The notes: generated by a model not told the origin, from the letters alone. Positions 10,831-24,350 are shown, numbered from the stretch's first letter. The stretch: DNA of 64,000 bases from Takakia lepidozioides (GCA_030704615.1 CM060734.1:3348001-3412000), one strand, 5' to 3'. Made by a program: numbers and translations.

Positions 10831-13800
10831 GCTCACAGTTGCAAGCTGGGTACTGAGAAACCGTGATTGCATACACGACACTACGCGCAGCAGGCCCAGC
10901 TGTTGACAACTGAAATATGCGCCCCATCCCGTGGTGAGGAACATCCCTGCAACCTTGCACTATGCAGGGCAAGGCAAGAGCGTTGGTCATCCTGGTGTCG
11001 TTCGCCTTTGTTGGTGGCCACCGTCTTTTCAGTTTCCCCCACCGATGGGTGGGCCAAGCTGCGGGGTCACCCACCGGTATGCGGGGCGAAGAGCTTCTCG
11101 TGGGAGGAGGATGACGACTGGGAATTGGATTTCGTGGAACGTCTGTCCTCTCCACCAGTCAAAACCCTGCACTTCCTAGAGCGTCTGCCTCCTCTAGGGT
11201 AAGATCTGTACCAGTTGCCACAGGCCAGACTGCCGGTGGTTCAGGCATGCCTTGTATACCATACTTGGGCTTGCCGAACACACATGACATGATGTCGTGC
11301 CTGCAGAACCAAAACTCCTTCAGTGTGGCCTCCACAAACTTTGCGCACACAAATCTCCCTGTGAAGCAAGGGGCAGGCACACCGCCCTGCGGGCTCCTCC
11401 GAATCATCTCATTGCATCTCTGGTTGGTGTCGACACGAACAACACAACATTTGCCACGAAATGTCGGACGGGTCCGTGCAATTCTCCACTGCGAGGCCGA
11501 CACATCTCGCTCCATGATTGGAATGTTGTATTGGGTAACAAAAATAGGAGCAACATGCTCATCCTCGGTATGGTGTCCCGAGTCTGGCAGCGATTCCATG
11601 GATGCTGCAGGAGAGGGGGTACGAGTCCTGCTAGGACGCAACATCGTTGTGCCCCGAGGTTGAGTGCGGATGTTCATATCTGATCTCCATGAATCCCCGT
11701 CGCCTCCGGGCATGTCCTCAATTCTTCTCTTCACCAGCCGGCTGCGGACATCGCCCTCCAGGCAGTTCCCCCGACTGTGTAACGGCGTTGACCTTATTGT
11801 TTCCCGCAATGCAGCAGTCCATTTTTTGGGATCGGTCGAACGATGCGCCGCCCTCATCAGCATCTCCTGCCTGTCTGGTCCGATACCCCATTGCTTTCCT
11901 CCCAGAAACTGGTAGTAACGAGATTGTTGCATGATGGCCCTCACAATATCTTCTGTTGTTGCTGTCAACATGTCAACGAGATGTGCTGCAGAGGAAGCAC
12001 GCCAGGAAGAGTGCACCGATTCGGCCATGTTCGTCGTCGGCATATCCGTGTCATCCTCCGAGCTCATGTCCTGTTGAAGGAAATTAGAAATGTCACTCAT
12101 TGTGGAGAATGTCCAAGCACAAAACAGAACAATTGTCAAGTACAGAAATGTGTTACCTATCTCATGTAGTCTCCAAACTGGTGGAATCTATAGTGCCACC
12201 ACGCAAGCCACGTTTGCAGTTCTGGCTAATCTTTCACATCCACTGCCCCTGAAGACACCCACCAGGCGCGTATGGTTGCAAACTTGGTCTCTGCCTCGTC
12301 GATGGAATTCGCATTTTTCCACGCAAGGCACATACTGATATGATCCTGCCGGTGGCGTGACACCACGAAATTTTTCGTGTTTTGCGTCAAACTCTGCATG
12401 AAGTGGAACCCGCAAGATCTCTCCTTACCTTCCATTGGAGTCTTTGGGTCGTCCCAATATACCCTCCTAACTGCAGCCCAGTTCGCCTGGGCATTGTCAG
12501 CCATGAAGCCCCTAAAATCGGGAGGGGGCAACTTCGCTCTCGCCATTTGCTCATTAATTCCGCGCCACATATGCAACTCCGAATCTGTGTCTTCTCTTTT
12601 CATTTTGCAGATAGCAATGGTCATCAACTTTCTGCAATATGGGTCGTATACATGTGCCCCCATTGTCACCCAATCGTGGTTGGTAATTCGCCGGATGTGG
12701 TCGAACATGACCCAACAATTTGAGAGGTCTCCACTGGTCATCCGCTTCACCAAATCGACGCCACTCCCCGGTCCGCACGTTGACATCTTAAATATGAAGC
12801 ACCTGTCTGTCTCTGAGCCTTGACCAAGAAAGAAGCTGCCTTGGATGAAGTCATAGCTGCATGTGCGCTTCACTTCCAAGATGGAGTGCATGTCTGATCC
12901 TCTTCCGATTAGTTTCTTGTAGCCAACAATGTGGTTCCTGACATTGGGGCTGCACACATGGGAGACAGCTTCCAGCAGCTCCTTCATGTCCCCCTCGCCC
13001 AGCTTCTCTCTTGTGCTTCCGTCCTCCGACATTATTCTGCCAATTGCAATTCTATGTGCGGATGCAAGCTGTATCTGCTTTGGTTTTGCTCCCGGCCTGA
13101 ACCTCACCTCCTCCTTGATAATATCGTGGGCTTGTTGAAAAGCGACTTTGCAATTGCCTCTGGCAACGGGGTGGTCATGCTTTCCGATGTGAATGCATGC
13201 TCTGGTGCACGCTAGGCCGACTGTCCCGACGTAGTACTGCTTGGCATTGCACACTGCCATGCACGTAGGGGCTGCGTTGCAATGGGCACACTTGAACGTC
13301 CCTGCAGGAACTCTACCTTGAGGCCAAAATGGGGTCGACAAATTGCCAATCCAGTCAGTCTCATTCCGGGTGCCTTTGCTCGTGTAATGGTAACATGTGC
13401 TTGAGAACATTTAAGATGCCCAGCACACAATACATATCTCACTCGAACTCCATTACCCAGGTTGGACGATGAAGTTTTGGTGACACACCAAGGGTGGCCG
13501 TCATGTTTCCTGTTCATTCCTGCCAGCATGCCGTCTGGGCCTGCGCCTGCCGGCACTGCAGGGAACTCGTAGATAGCATTCCCATCCACAACTTCAGGCA
13601 AAGTTTTCACAGAATGGATTGGAGTTTTGTCGTAATCAAGCCTAAGAAGGTCACTGGAGTGGGAACCCGTTGTCTTCATCCTCCGCAATATGTCGATTAC
13701 TGAGCGGACGGAAGTTGAGTCGGAGGGTGTGTGCTCATTGTTTGCCGACTTCTGAACACTCCTAGTGACGGACGACTTCGAAACATACGATGGAAGGACC

Positions 13801-14269
13801 ATACAGTCTTCATCGTCACTGGATAAGTCGTGGACGACTGTTTCCCTGTTTTCCTGGATTTCCCTTTTCACATGTTTGGGCTTCTCTGCTTGTGAAGAGG
13901 TGCCCACATCCTTCATGGCAGACTTCACATCTTGCACGCCAGACCCTCTTGTGGAAGGAGGATCAACCAAGTTCCAGCGTGGGAACTTTTTAGGCACGAT
14001 TTCACAATTGCACTGTACTGGATGGATTCAGAAGCTGGGAGCCGCCACTCTTTGCCTTTTCCGAAATTTGCATGCAGAATGACGACATTTTCCAGAAAAT
14101 TTCCATAAGCATCCTTCGTCTCCTCTTCCAAAAACACCGTTCCAGGGCGGAGCCCGAACTTCACACACAAGTACTGCTCAGTGACAATCGCAAATCCTTG
14201 GTCGCAGGGTATTTTAGCTTTCAGAGAATCAGGATGGAAGTACACATTTACCCAAACACGAGAGTCCAT
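10830..14269 (-). pseudogene. MULE transposase (GCM/WRKY-like Cys/His region, DDE core, SWIM-like finger); frameshifted
   Basis: ORF pieces 13925-14344, 13212-13997, 12226-13410, 11159-12139 and 10463-11155. Motifs WVMFD(H), FMADNAQANWAAVRRVY, CGFHF (CxxH), TTNMAESVH after a GT-AG intron at ~12073-12157, and YAITVSQYPACNC. The N-terminal part has CAGHLKC..CAHC..C..HDHP. Confidence 0.8.
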
Positions 14270-14514
14270 GTTGAAGACGGGACCTCTCGGTACGCTCCGC
14301 AGCGAAGTCCTGCAATGAGAAGAGGGTGTCCTACCTAATACCACAATGATTTTCTGGAGGATTCTGTATCCAACAGGATGGGTGATCAGTGCACGTATGG
14401 ATGAAGGTGTGTAACGTACGTTACAAAAACGGACGACAACAACAAGTTCACATCGGATATTTGGTGCCTGAATTGTGATGTACCACCACTTGGGCTACAA
14501 TAAATCTGGCCTTC

Positions 14515-16190
14515 CCATGAATTTCGGCACCGAAATCTGGATGAAAGTCTCTGTCATGTAACAGATTTGGAAGCCAGGGGATGAATTCCGGCGACAGAAA
14601 TCGTAATTTGTTCACCTCATGAAACTGAGCAAGCACCCAACGGATGGATTTCGGTGCCGAAATTCGGATGAACAACTTCTTCATGAAATTGTTTCTGCAC
14701 GTAAGGGTTGAATTTGCATGCCGAAATACGGATGAATGTGTTCGTGATTCACCACGTGTCCGGATTTCGGTGCCGACATCCGAATGACACTAATCCTGAA
14801 TAGGCAGAATGGATGAATTTCGAAGCCGAAATTCATTCTTCTTCTCCTTTTCCGACTCTAATTCTGCTGTCCTGCGGATGGATTTCGACGCCGAAATTCA
14901 TCCGAAGTCCTACCTTCTTTTCTTTTTCCTTGCGACAGATGAATTTCGGCGCCGAATTTCATCCAAGTCGGACCTTCTAATTTTCTTTTTTCTTCGCGAG
15001 CAATGTATTTCAGAGCCGAAATTCATCCAAGTCCTCCCTTCTAATTTTCTTTTTTCTTCGCGAGCAATGAAATTCGGCGCCGAAATCCATCCAAGTCCTC
15101 CCTTCTAATTTTATTTTTTCTTCGCAAGCAATGAATTTCGGCGCCGAAATTCATCCGAAGTCATCCCTCCAAATTCTTTTAAGGGTTTGAGCGCTGGATT
15201 TCGGCGCCGAAATTCATCCAATGCCTCCCTCCAATATTTATTTCTCTTTGAAATGGATGAATTTTGGCGCCAAAATTCATCCTTACCGTCTGCAATGAGT
15301 AACTGTAATATTACATTTTCTATGCGACGGATGAATTTCGGCGCTGAAATTCGTCCGAACCCGACACTTACTTCTTGCTTCTGGATGATGTAATGTTCTG
15401 AAATTCGTTGGAGATAATCCATTCCGACGAAGATAACACGAATATTCTGCATTTAATGGAGAAATCGGCACATTCAACCCCTTCTGTCTTACAAAAGGCC
15501 GTTATCCAATGTCGAAAGGGGATATTTTTTCATGTTGGGGGAAAATTAATTGCATTTTAGCCGTTGTTTTCATTTGAAACTGACAGTATCCATTAAGTGG
15601 TCTTTTTTCGCACGGGACGTTGCCGCACATAAAGTATAATTTCGGCGCCGAAATTATAGTTAAATGTCCAGACATGGCAAGTCCAACAGGCATGGACAGC
15701 ATCCGTGAGGGGCAATGATGGCGGCAAAGCGTAGCATGGTGCCGATTTAGTCTTCGCGCTGGATGAATTTCGGCGCCAAAATATGGATGATTTCACCTCG
15801 TCTACTCACGGACGGAGATATTCGTAATGAATTTCGGCGCCGAAATATGGATGGAATGTGCCCAAGTGCAGCCGTCTCCACTGTCCCGGAATTAATTCCG
15901 GCTCCGATATCCGACTGACAGGTTTGCTCATGATGGATGAGGACTGGGGAAGCGATGAATTGCGGCGCCGAAATTCATGAGTTTGTGCATGGAAGCACTT
16001 GAATAGGATGAATTTCGGCACCGAAATTCATCCGTCCGCTGATGAAACGTTACGACCTCACTGTTGAATGTCATAGGCAGGGGATTTTCATGGCGGTTGG
16101 GTTTCGTGATGTGCGGATATTTCATTCAATGTCGGCTGCTCCGGGAACAACATCCGGTGAACGGAACGGTATTTCGGTGCCGCAATTCGG
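14515..16190. repeat. About 20 copies of the palindrome GGATGAATTTCGGCGCCGAAATTCATCC between the divergent genes of family A
   Basis: Direct inspection, e.g. 14938, 15132, 15255-15282, 15635-15658, 16007; spacing is ~60-65 bp over 14811-15282. Confidence 0.9.
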
Positions 16191-16685
16191 ATAAAGCGTC
16201 TTGTACTGGTGGCTTGAACAGGCACGCGTCGTGTTCCAGTCTGAATGAACGTGTCAGGGGTCGCAATCTCTTCATCACCCATACGGCAGAAAGTGGTGGA
16301 CGGTGGCAACACTTTCGGAGACGTGGCTGCTTACGCATCTGCTCGTGCATAGTGGTTGCATGTTCCACCGCTTCGCTCTCTCGCTCCTTGCCCTTCTGCA
16401 GTGACATTCTCCTGCGTTTCCTCTCCTTATGCAGCATAGTGATAGCATAGAGTTTGTGGAAGGTCAGGCGACTCCGACAAAGAGGAGGACGCGGGATTTT
16501 GGGAAGCCGCCACGACACGACTAAAGCTCCGTCTCATGCAGGAAATGCAGACTCGTTATCCGGAGACTCGGATCGCCCACCAGTGAGAGATTCGTGCTTC
16601 GCGGATGTGAAGCACTCCATACGCACTATTCCTTTTACACCTTTTTTTTGGCCTGCAGTGTCTCATGTTTTCCTGTTTGTTTGAC

Positions 16686-19600
16686 ATGGGAGCTGGGGAG
16701 GGATCGCAGGGGGGCGAGGCAACACAGTCAACTTTGGATACTCCTGCCCGGGTGCTGCGCTCGCAAGGTGGAAGTGCATCGAGGCAGGCGAGTCCTCATT
16801 CAACACCTCAGATATCGCCTCAGAAAAGCCCACCTAGAGTTCGGAAGCCGAGGAAGCAGAAGGAGCCCATGGCTTCACCAGTAAACCACTAGGGAGACTG
16901 GAAGCGGAGATATTGGGTTTGCAGGCAGTTTCAGAAAACACGGATGCGGTGGAGGCCGCTGGAGATGTCGGAGTCGGATCTGCAGAAGGGCGGCCCATTG
17001 AGCTGACAGAAGCAGAGGACGACAACGTGGTGCGACTTGACGACGATCAGAACCTGCTGGAGCTTGCGGAGGAGCAAAACCTCTAGGACAGTAGACAGGC
17101 TGGTGAGAGGGGTGAGGGAAGTGAGAGAGGTGCTGGAAGTAAGAAACTGGTGGCGGGTATGCTCATGAGCGCACGAGACATGAACATAGCAGCAAACAGG
17201 TTGCTGGCAGAGACTCATAGCAACATAGGCCGCGTTTTGGGCTCCATGGTGTATCTGGAGAACCTCAAAGTTCCTTTGTGTCGCATGGTTAGCCTTCCAG
17301 TTGTAAGGCAAGCACTGCCAGGGGACATCGATCGACTGAAGCACAACTTCAGAGAGGGGTATAGACGGGGGTCGGCAGCATTCTACGTTTCCATTGAGAA
17401 TGACCAGGGTGTCACAAGGGGCCCCACTGCAGAGGAGCTTCAGAATTGGAGCCCCCACTGGCACACTGTAAATGCCGAGTTTGAAGCCTCTCTGAAGACT
17501 AATCCCACATTTGCACACATGGAAGGGAAGATGGTCTTCGTCTGGGACGGGAACCACAGGATGCTTGCCTGGACAGAGTACATTGCTGAAATGCATCCGC
17601 AAGATATCAGTTGGCATTACATGGTGGACATTGTCGTGAAGGTGGACGTCAGGGACAGAGGACTGCTAAAGGGTGCCATGGCGGATATAAATCTGTAAGT
17701 ATACAACTACATCCTTGTGTACTGCCTATTGCGACGCCAAAATAGACAATGTTCTTGACTGTCATGCACTCTATGAACTGGAAATTGGATTGTTGTGCCG
17801 AAATCATATTTTCATGTTGTTGTTTTTTTCTCAATGGCAGGGTAACAGAGAGGGCCTTGCACGTGGAAACTCATCTGGCACATACGCTCTACAGAGTGCA
17901 AGAAGTGGGAACAGCACCGCTAAAGGACTTCCAAAATCCCTCGATCCCGAAGCTATACAGGAAGTCCCTTTGCGAAAGCAGATCGCACCTGGTACCGTCC
18001 AACACTGGACGCCATGGTAGAGATCCTCTATTCGGTGAGGTTCATCTCAAATTTCCCGATTTAATGCTATTGTTGCAGGGATCCGTGGCCTGATGTATCC
18101 GCTGGGTGTGGAATGCAGACGAACATCAGGGATGACTTGGCCTATGCCAAAAGGCAGTTCTTTGAGAATGATGCCCCCAACAAGGCGGACGCGTCGATAG
18201 AGAGTCACATTGTGCAGGCAGGGAGGCAATCACGGACCAAGTACAGGTCCAAACTTGTAAGCAAGTTGCAATCGCTGACCCTGGTCTTGGTGCCGAGTTC
18301 CTGGTGGAGATAGGATTGCATTACTCCAGACCCATGAAACCGGAAATGTCCATGGAGAAACTTCATCACATTGCAGTGTCTTGTGTTGAGCCGGCGGAGA
18401 AGGTAAGCATGTGTTTGTTCTTGTTTTGTGTCTTCTCGCGATTGTCATGATGAAGTTCTTGTCTGACCGATGTTAGGCCATGCAGACGAGGTGGCTGCGA
18501 ATCTGGAACGGCCATACAAACACGAAGCTGTTGTACCACTTTCCCATCGAGCCAATAGACAACAAAATGAACGACTGGCTCAATGTGATGACTTGGTGGC
18601 ATCAGGTATAATTTCCTCCTCTTCTGTGTGTTGGACATCATCGCAATTTCAAAATCATGAATATTTTGGAAACCTACAATGCTGCAGGTACTGACCCATG
18701 CCCACGAGCAATTGGATTGCAACACCACCACTTTCAAGTTACAGATTGACTAGACGAAGCCTGAGACAATGGAGAACTACGTGCAGTCGTGGCGAGGGCG
18801 CTTCGCAAACCTCTTTTTCAGAGAAATTGCAAAGGCAAGACGCAGCGTATACATCGAAGAGCAGGAGGGTGCCGACAAAGCGGCAATGCGTGTCCTGTTC
18901 AGGTAATCTGCTGCCAATGCATCCCCCTATTTGCAGTTTTGATGATTTAGCTAAGCAGCGGTGGATATTGCGGCGCCAAAATATACCTCTGCAAGATGTG
19001 AGTGCTGGGTAATTGGGGCACGGTCCACTGCATATTTTGGTTGTGAAATACCTTGTGCATTGAGAACTTCCTCTTGCATGATGCATCAGTAGAATGATTT
19101 ATGCTAAACTACCTCGTGATTGCAGGTACATAAACTTTGCACTCATTCCGTCCGGAGCCATTCAAAGGGTTCCACCATTCTTCCTGGCGTGGAGGACACC
19201 TGGAGGTCGTGGTACAATGTACAGAAGTAATGGCGAAGGAGTGGCATGCCGAGCATTTAGTAGACTGTCCCTGGTATGTGAATCTCCCAAGTGGCACCGT
19301 TGACCTCTCGGAGGTTAACTTGAAGAAGGAAGCAAATGCCAGGGCTATGAAGGCGCAATCGGATCCCCAACCAAAGGAGGCGGAAAGACTGAAAGCAGAG
19401 GAGGCAGCCAAGCAGAAAGCACTGAGAAAGTCAGCCAAGGCGGCAGCGTTGGCGAAGGAGCAGATGGAGAAGCAGGCAGCTGAGCAACCCAAGGACAGGA
19501 AGAAAAGAACGTGCAAACAGGGGCAAGAGACGAAGACCCCCACACCCAAGAAGAAGAAGCAGCAACATAGTCAGCCAGATGACGAGGATTCCGACGACGA

Positions 19601-21600
19601 TTTCCAGCAGGATAACACCCAGGGGGCCACACCTCGTCCGAAAATTCACAAGGGCCAGCGCTCCGGGGGTTCGTCTGCGAAGAGATCATTATGCGAGGAT
19701 GCACCTGGCAGACCCTACAGTGTTGTGCTCATTGCGGGCAGGGAAGTCCTCAAAACACCCACAATTGTGGAGTGTGTTAATGAAAAATTCCTAACTGCTC
19801 TGACCAGAAGGGCTGGAGATAACGAGATTGAGGAAGGCGATTGAGGCCCCCCAGGGGAAGGGGAAGAGGAAGGCCACTGGCAATGATATGGAGGACACTC
19901 CTGGCTACACAAAGATGATGGAGTATTTTGTGGCGATGAGCCACGGCAAAAAGAGCACAGTCGGGGGCAGGGCGGTGAATGAAAGCCTCCTCGACATGAT
20001 CTTGTGGATATCCGGATGGGCAGGAGATACTGGGCTGGGCTCACTACCCTAGTGGAACAAGTACGACGAAAGATACTGAGCCACACATTCGGGTTCGCAG
20101 CCAACATTGTGGACGACGCTGGCGGTGTTGTTGTGCTAGGAGCCGATGGAGAAGTCACTGAGAATGATATCAAAGTATGGACGGGGAGAAGTGCAGCACC
20201 ACCTGAAAAAGATCTGGACTTGCATATCAACATGCAGGGTCTTCTAAACGATGGCCAGAAGGTGTATGTGTGTGTTCTCCTCTGCTATGCCAATTTCGCG
20301 CGCCGAAATTGCCCATGTACGTTGTAGGCCACCTCTGACGTTTCATTCCTTCTTTGCAGACTCTTATCTTTTAGGCATTTACTTCGTGAAGTGAGAGGAA
20401 CATTCGAAATTCAAATTACGTCAAGCAGAAGACTTGTTGATTCCACAGTTGATCCATCGGAATATAACGTCCTCTTCAACCATGTGGGAGAGAAGGACAT
20501 GCTTTGTGTTGTCGGGCAAGCCGTGGAGGTATGGCAGGACCAGGAGTCCAGCATCATCCAGACGCTCATGGAAAAGTGTACGGATGTTGAAGGCAGGGTC
20601 CTCGACATCACTGCAAATACAGGTGAGAGCGTTAAGTGATTGCGGCACCGAAATTGACACCATTTCCGATTGTGTATGTTTGCTTGTGCGAGGAAGCGAC
20701 TCATTCTTGAGTTTGGCTGTGTTGTGTCGTATGAATTCGCAGGTGCCGTATGTGGGCGGGAAAGATGTCCAACGATTTGATTTGTGTCTCATTTGAGGGG
20801 GATACGGCCTTGTACGGCCTTGTACGATTTCAATTTGGCGGGCCTACAGCGTCTGCCTCCGACTGAGGATCCAAAAACGCAGAGAGGACGTGGAAGGGGA
20901 GGAGGAAGAGGAAGAGGAGGAAGTCCAGGAAATTTGTACGATGCAGGGGCACCCGAAGCCGCTTCCTCCAATGCCTGTCTTCGAGTGAGTTGCACCATAG
21001 TAAGTGTATTGGTTTCGGTTGTAGGGACCATGCAACCTGCCGATGATTACCTGTTTGAATGCTCTAATGTGCTTCATTCTATGTTTGTGCGTACACTCAG
21101 CCTTGCAGAGTCATCCGACGAGGAAATGCTGGGAGACTTGCCCGAATCGGACCCTGTGCAGAGGAGGAGACAGAATCGCATCGGCCATTCTTTGCCAAAA
21201 AATCGTTTCTCGCGAGTCCCCAGAAGCCCTTTTTTCTTCCAGCCTATGCAGACACGGCTACCAGAGAAGCCATCAGGAAGGAGGATAGGCCTACTCGGTT
21301 TGAGCAATTGATATTCGGGAAATGAGCACAGAATTATAATGAGGCGTGAGGCCAAACATAGAATTGTGAAAGGCAGAGTAGGCAAGTTCGTCATAGAATC
21401 CGCATCTGAGAGCGAGGGGGATGATGAGGACAGTTCCGCACCCAGGTGGACAGTTCCGGCTGGTGAGGATGGTATTTTTGAGGGGAGGGCTTCTCAGAGT
21501 AACAGTGGTAGCGGCAGCAGGGTAGGTCGGAGGCAGGTGGAAGGCAGCCATCCTTGCATGAGGCCGGGGATGCATCGGACAGTGATCGCGGATCCTCACC
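16686..21600 (+). pseudogene. Multi-exon cargo gene: low-complexity N-terminus, ParB/Srx-like domain, charged linker, beta-class N6A/N4C DNA methyltransferase-like domain, acidic tail
   Basis: 17150-17694 reads VPLCRMVSLPVVRQALPGDIDRLKHNFREG..VFVWDGNHRMLAW. A frameshifted LDMIL.DI(P)DG lies at ~19990 (motif IV position) and IIQTLMEKCTDVEGRVLDITANTG at 20550-20622 (motif X/I). GT-AG introns include 17695-17840 (phase-consistent) and ~18903-19125. Confidence 0.7.
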
Positions 21601-21849
21601 ATAGCAAAGTCTCATTTGGATCCTTTTGTTGTACAGTTCTGAAACACTTAATGAAAATATTGACGATTTCAAAAATCATTGTGTTCAGACTGCATGTCCG
21701 ATTCCCTACATTTCTTCCGGCAACCTAAATGTATAATAAAAGCAGAAGAGACGCAAACTTAAGTAAAGAACCCTACAAGTAAATTATGCACACCAGCGAG
21801 CCGGGAACTTGAAGCCATGAAAACCCTGCTGTTTCTAACATTCCTATTG

Positions 21850-22183
21850 GGAATTTCTGCGCCGAAATAGCCCAGTGTGCGCCTTCATAATATGGGCCTT
21901 ATAAAATTCCACAAATGAATTACTGCACCAAAATATCACGATGGAAGCCTTCAGCACAAGGCACTTCAGCACATTCCACTAGGGTATTTCGGCGCCGAAA
22001 TAGCCCGCTCTACGCCATAAAATACCGCAGTATATCACATTTTAAGAGGAGATTTCGGCGCCGAAATACCCCGGTGGATGTCTTCAAAACACCACTTTAG
22101 CACACCGCTCTTGGGAATTTCGGCGGCGAAATACCAAGGTCGGTGGTTTTAGGACGGCGGTGGTTTTAGCACAATTTCTACCC
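21850..22183 (+). mobile_element. Subterminal palindromes and putative right TIR of family A
   Basis: ATTTCGGCGCCGAAAT variants at ~21855, 21986, 22052 and 22117; ggtggttttag repeats ending tctaccc. Confidence 0.55.
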
Positions 22184-22989
22184 GTAATGTCGTGGCACCT
22201 TCTCTGTCGGGCACCTTCTCTGTCAAGCCCCTTCTAGCCCCACTCATTTTTTATCACCTGTGTGGGTAGCCGTTGCTGGCCAATGGGGGCACGTATTGCC
22301 GTTGCCCCAAAGAAGATCACCTGAGAAGGTTTTCCACATTGGGTTTTCAATGTTTGCATCTCCGTGTTTAAAAACAACAGTGATTACTTGTCCCTCTCCA
22401 TTCCCGGTGGGAGCACACTTCCTCAATGCCGCCCTGTGTAAGTGCCTTCTGCATTCGACGGAGCGGGATTGGAGGATCGTGATTGCGTGAGCCTGTGATG
22501 GGAGACATTATGGTGGAGTTGGACTTCAGTGAAGGTACACGCAGGGTGACGAGTTTCCGAGCACTTCTGTGGGATTCTCTTTGGGTGAGGCCTGCCAGTG
22601 GACAACAGTGGATACTTGTTGTGCGAGATAGACATGGAAGACGGAGTGTTCGTCTCTTCATCATGAGATGTTGTTGCGTCGAGTTCTGGAGGTCTTACTA
22701 CCATAACTATACTGCACCTCCAAAGTATTTGCTCCCGGATAGGGCTCTTGAGTTGCTCACTCGCTCTTCTAGCTCATAATATCATCATTCAGAAGTCATT
22801 TAGATGCTCTATGTTTATTTCAGGTACCATCGAGGATGCCTTACTCTCCATGCCCAATCAACCAACATATTTTTGCTGGAGAGGATCATACCTTATGAGG
22901 GATTTGTTGCTCCATATTATTGTTATGGAGGTATAGGGGGCTGATACCCCATGGCTTTGCCAGACCTCTGCAAAAGCCATTAAAGGTGT

Positions 22990-24350
22990 TAGAACATCAA
23001 AGTGAGAAGACTGGAAAATGACAAGTGAGAGGTAGATAGTGTGTACAGAAACCACTAAGTACACTGGGCAAAAAACAGAGGGAAGATAAATATGTCTTGT
23101 CAAGGCACAGACAAGACAAGTGCTGTCATTGTCAAATAAAGACAAATCAGCCTCATGACGAGGCACTATCTAACTTCACCTCGCATAGACAGTATCTTAC
23201 TTGATAGAAATCATGTCATCTTCCTGGAAGTACATGAAAAGTTAGGGTGGGAGGGTGGGATTTCAAGACAACCATCACCCTGGATTCAGATGTCATTCAT
23301 CATTGAAGGAGTCTTGTTTTTAAAAAAAAACAACAAAAAACAGGACAAACACCACCCTTGGCACATACCATCAGCAGAAACACTTGAGCCTTTAAAAACG
23401 AGTGCCAGGTGTTGCAATTCCAAAAGCCCAACCTGATAATTTAGTCTATGTTCCATGAATGCATAATGGTCTGGATCTGGATTTCCATCATCTCTCCAAA
23501 ACTCAATCAGAGCAGGAGTGCTACATTGAGCATAATCAGAACTTTATGGACAACACCAGCTCAGAGGGTATTCCAAAAAGCCCAGTTTGAAAAATTAAAC
23601 CAGACATTATGTATTTTGAAAAAGCCAAACCAGCCCACTGCTTGGTATTTTTCCAAGTCAAAACAGTGTGCAAAGGTCTTGCTTTCAAATCACCGGGTAT
23701 GTCCAAAAGTACTATTTGGTACTTTTCAAACTTATAATAGCGTAACCAGGCCTGTTTTAAACTCAATGGTTAATTCCAACCTAAAGCAGCCATTATGTAA
23801 TCTGAAAAGCCATCAAGCCAAAACAGCTTAGACAGTTTTGTTTTAAACTCAGAGAGTAGTTCCAAAAACCTGCTTCATAACTCAGACCAGACGGTGGTAA
23901 TTTGGCAAAGCCCTTCAATACATCTGCTTGGTATTCTTCAAGCTAAAACAGTATGAATATATCTGCCTTAAACAAGTTAAAACAGTAAAACCAGATCTGT
24001 TTCAGACTCAAAGGGTGGTTCCAAAGGCATAGCTTGGCAACCTTAAAACAGATGTTATGTAATCTGAAAAGCCCGTCATGGCAAGTGCTTGGCCTGTTTT
24101 AAACTCAACGCTTAATTTCAAAGATGTTGCTTGGTACACCTAAAGCAGCCAGTATGTAGTCTGAAAAGCCATCGAGCCAAAACAGCTTAGACATTCTGTT
24201 CTAAATTCAGAACGTAGTTCCAAAGACCTGCTTGATAAATCAGACCAGACAGCCTGTAATTTGCTCAAAGGGTGGTTCCAAAGGCATTGCTTGGCAACCT
24301 TAAAACAGATGTTATGTAATCTGAAAAGCCCATCATGCCAGCAGCTTGGT
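22990..24350. repeat. Unclassified repeat related to 7740-7940, with internal direct duplications
   Basis: aagataaatatgtcttgtcaag..gtcattgtca..aaagacaaa is shared with 7741-7805. 23750-23890 is duplicated at 24090-24250, and 24005-24090 at 24264-24350. Confidence 0.55.

Larger units (their letters stand above)
10830..22183. mobile_element. Mutator-like (MULE) DNA transposon, family A, carrying a ParB-MTase cargo gene; left end lost at the PLE junction
   Basis: Divergent transposase (-) and cargo (+) genes with a palindrome array between them. The putative right terminus reads GGGTAGAAATTGTGCTAAAACCACCG inward from 22183. Confidence 0.8.

Noticed and set aside
10463-11155. Functional transposase-reverse transcriptase fusion protein
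   Set aside because: Both partners are truncated and frameshifted; a chance in-frame junction is more parsimonious.
14515-16190. CRISPR-like appearance (palindromic repeats with spacers), also at 2105-2567 and 35148-36206
   Set aside because: The context is eukaryotic, there are no cas genes, spacing is irregular, repeats are degenerate, and several spacers are related to each other.
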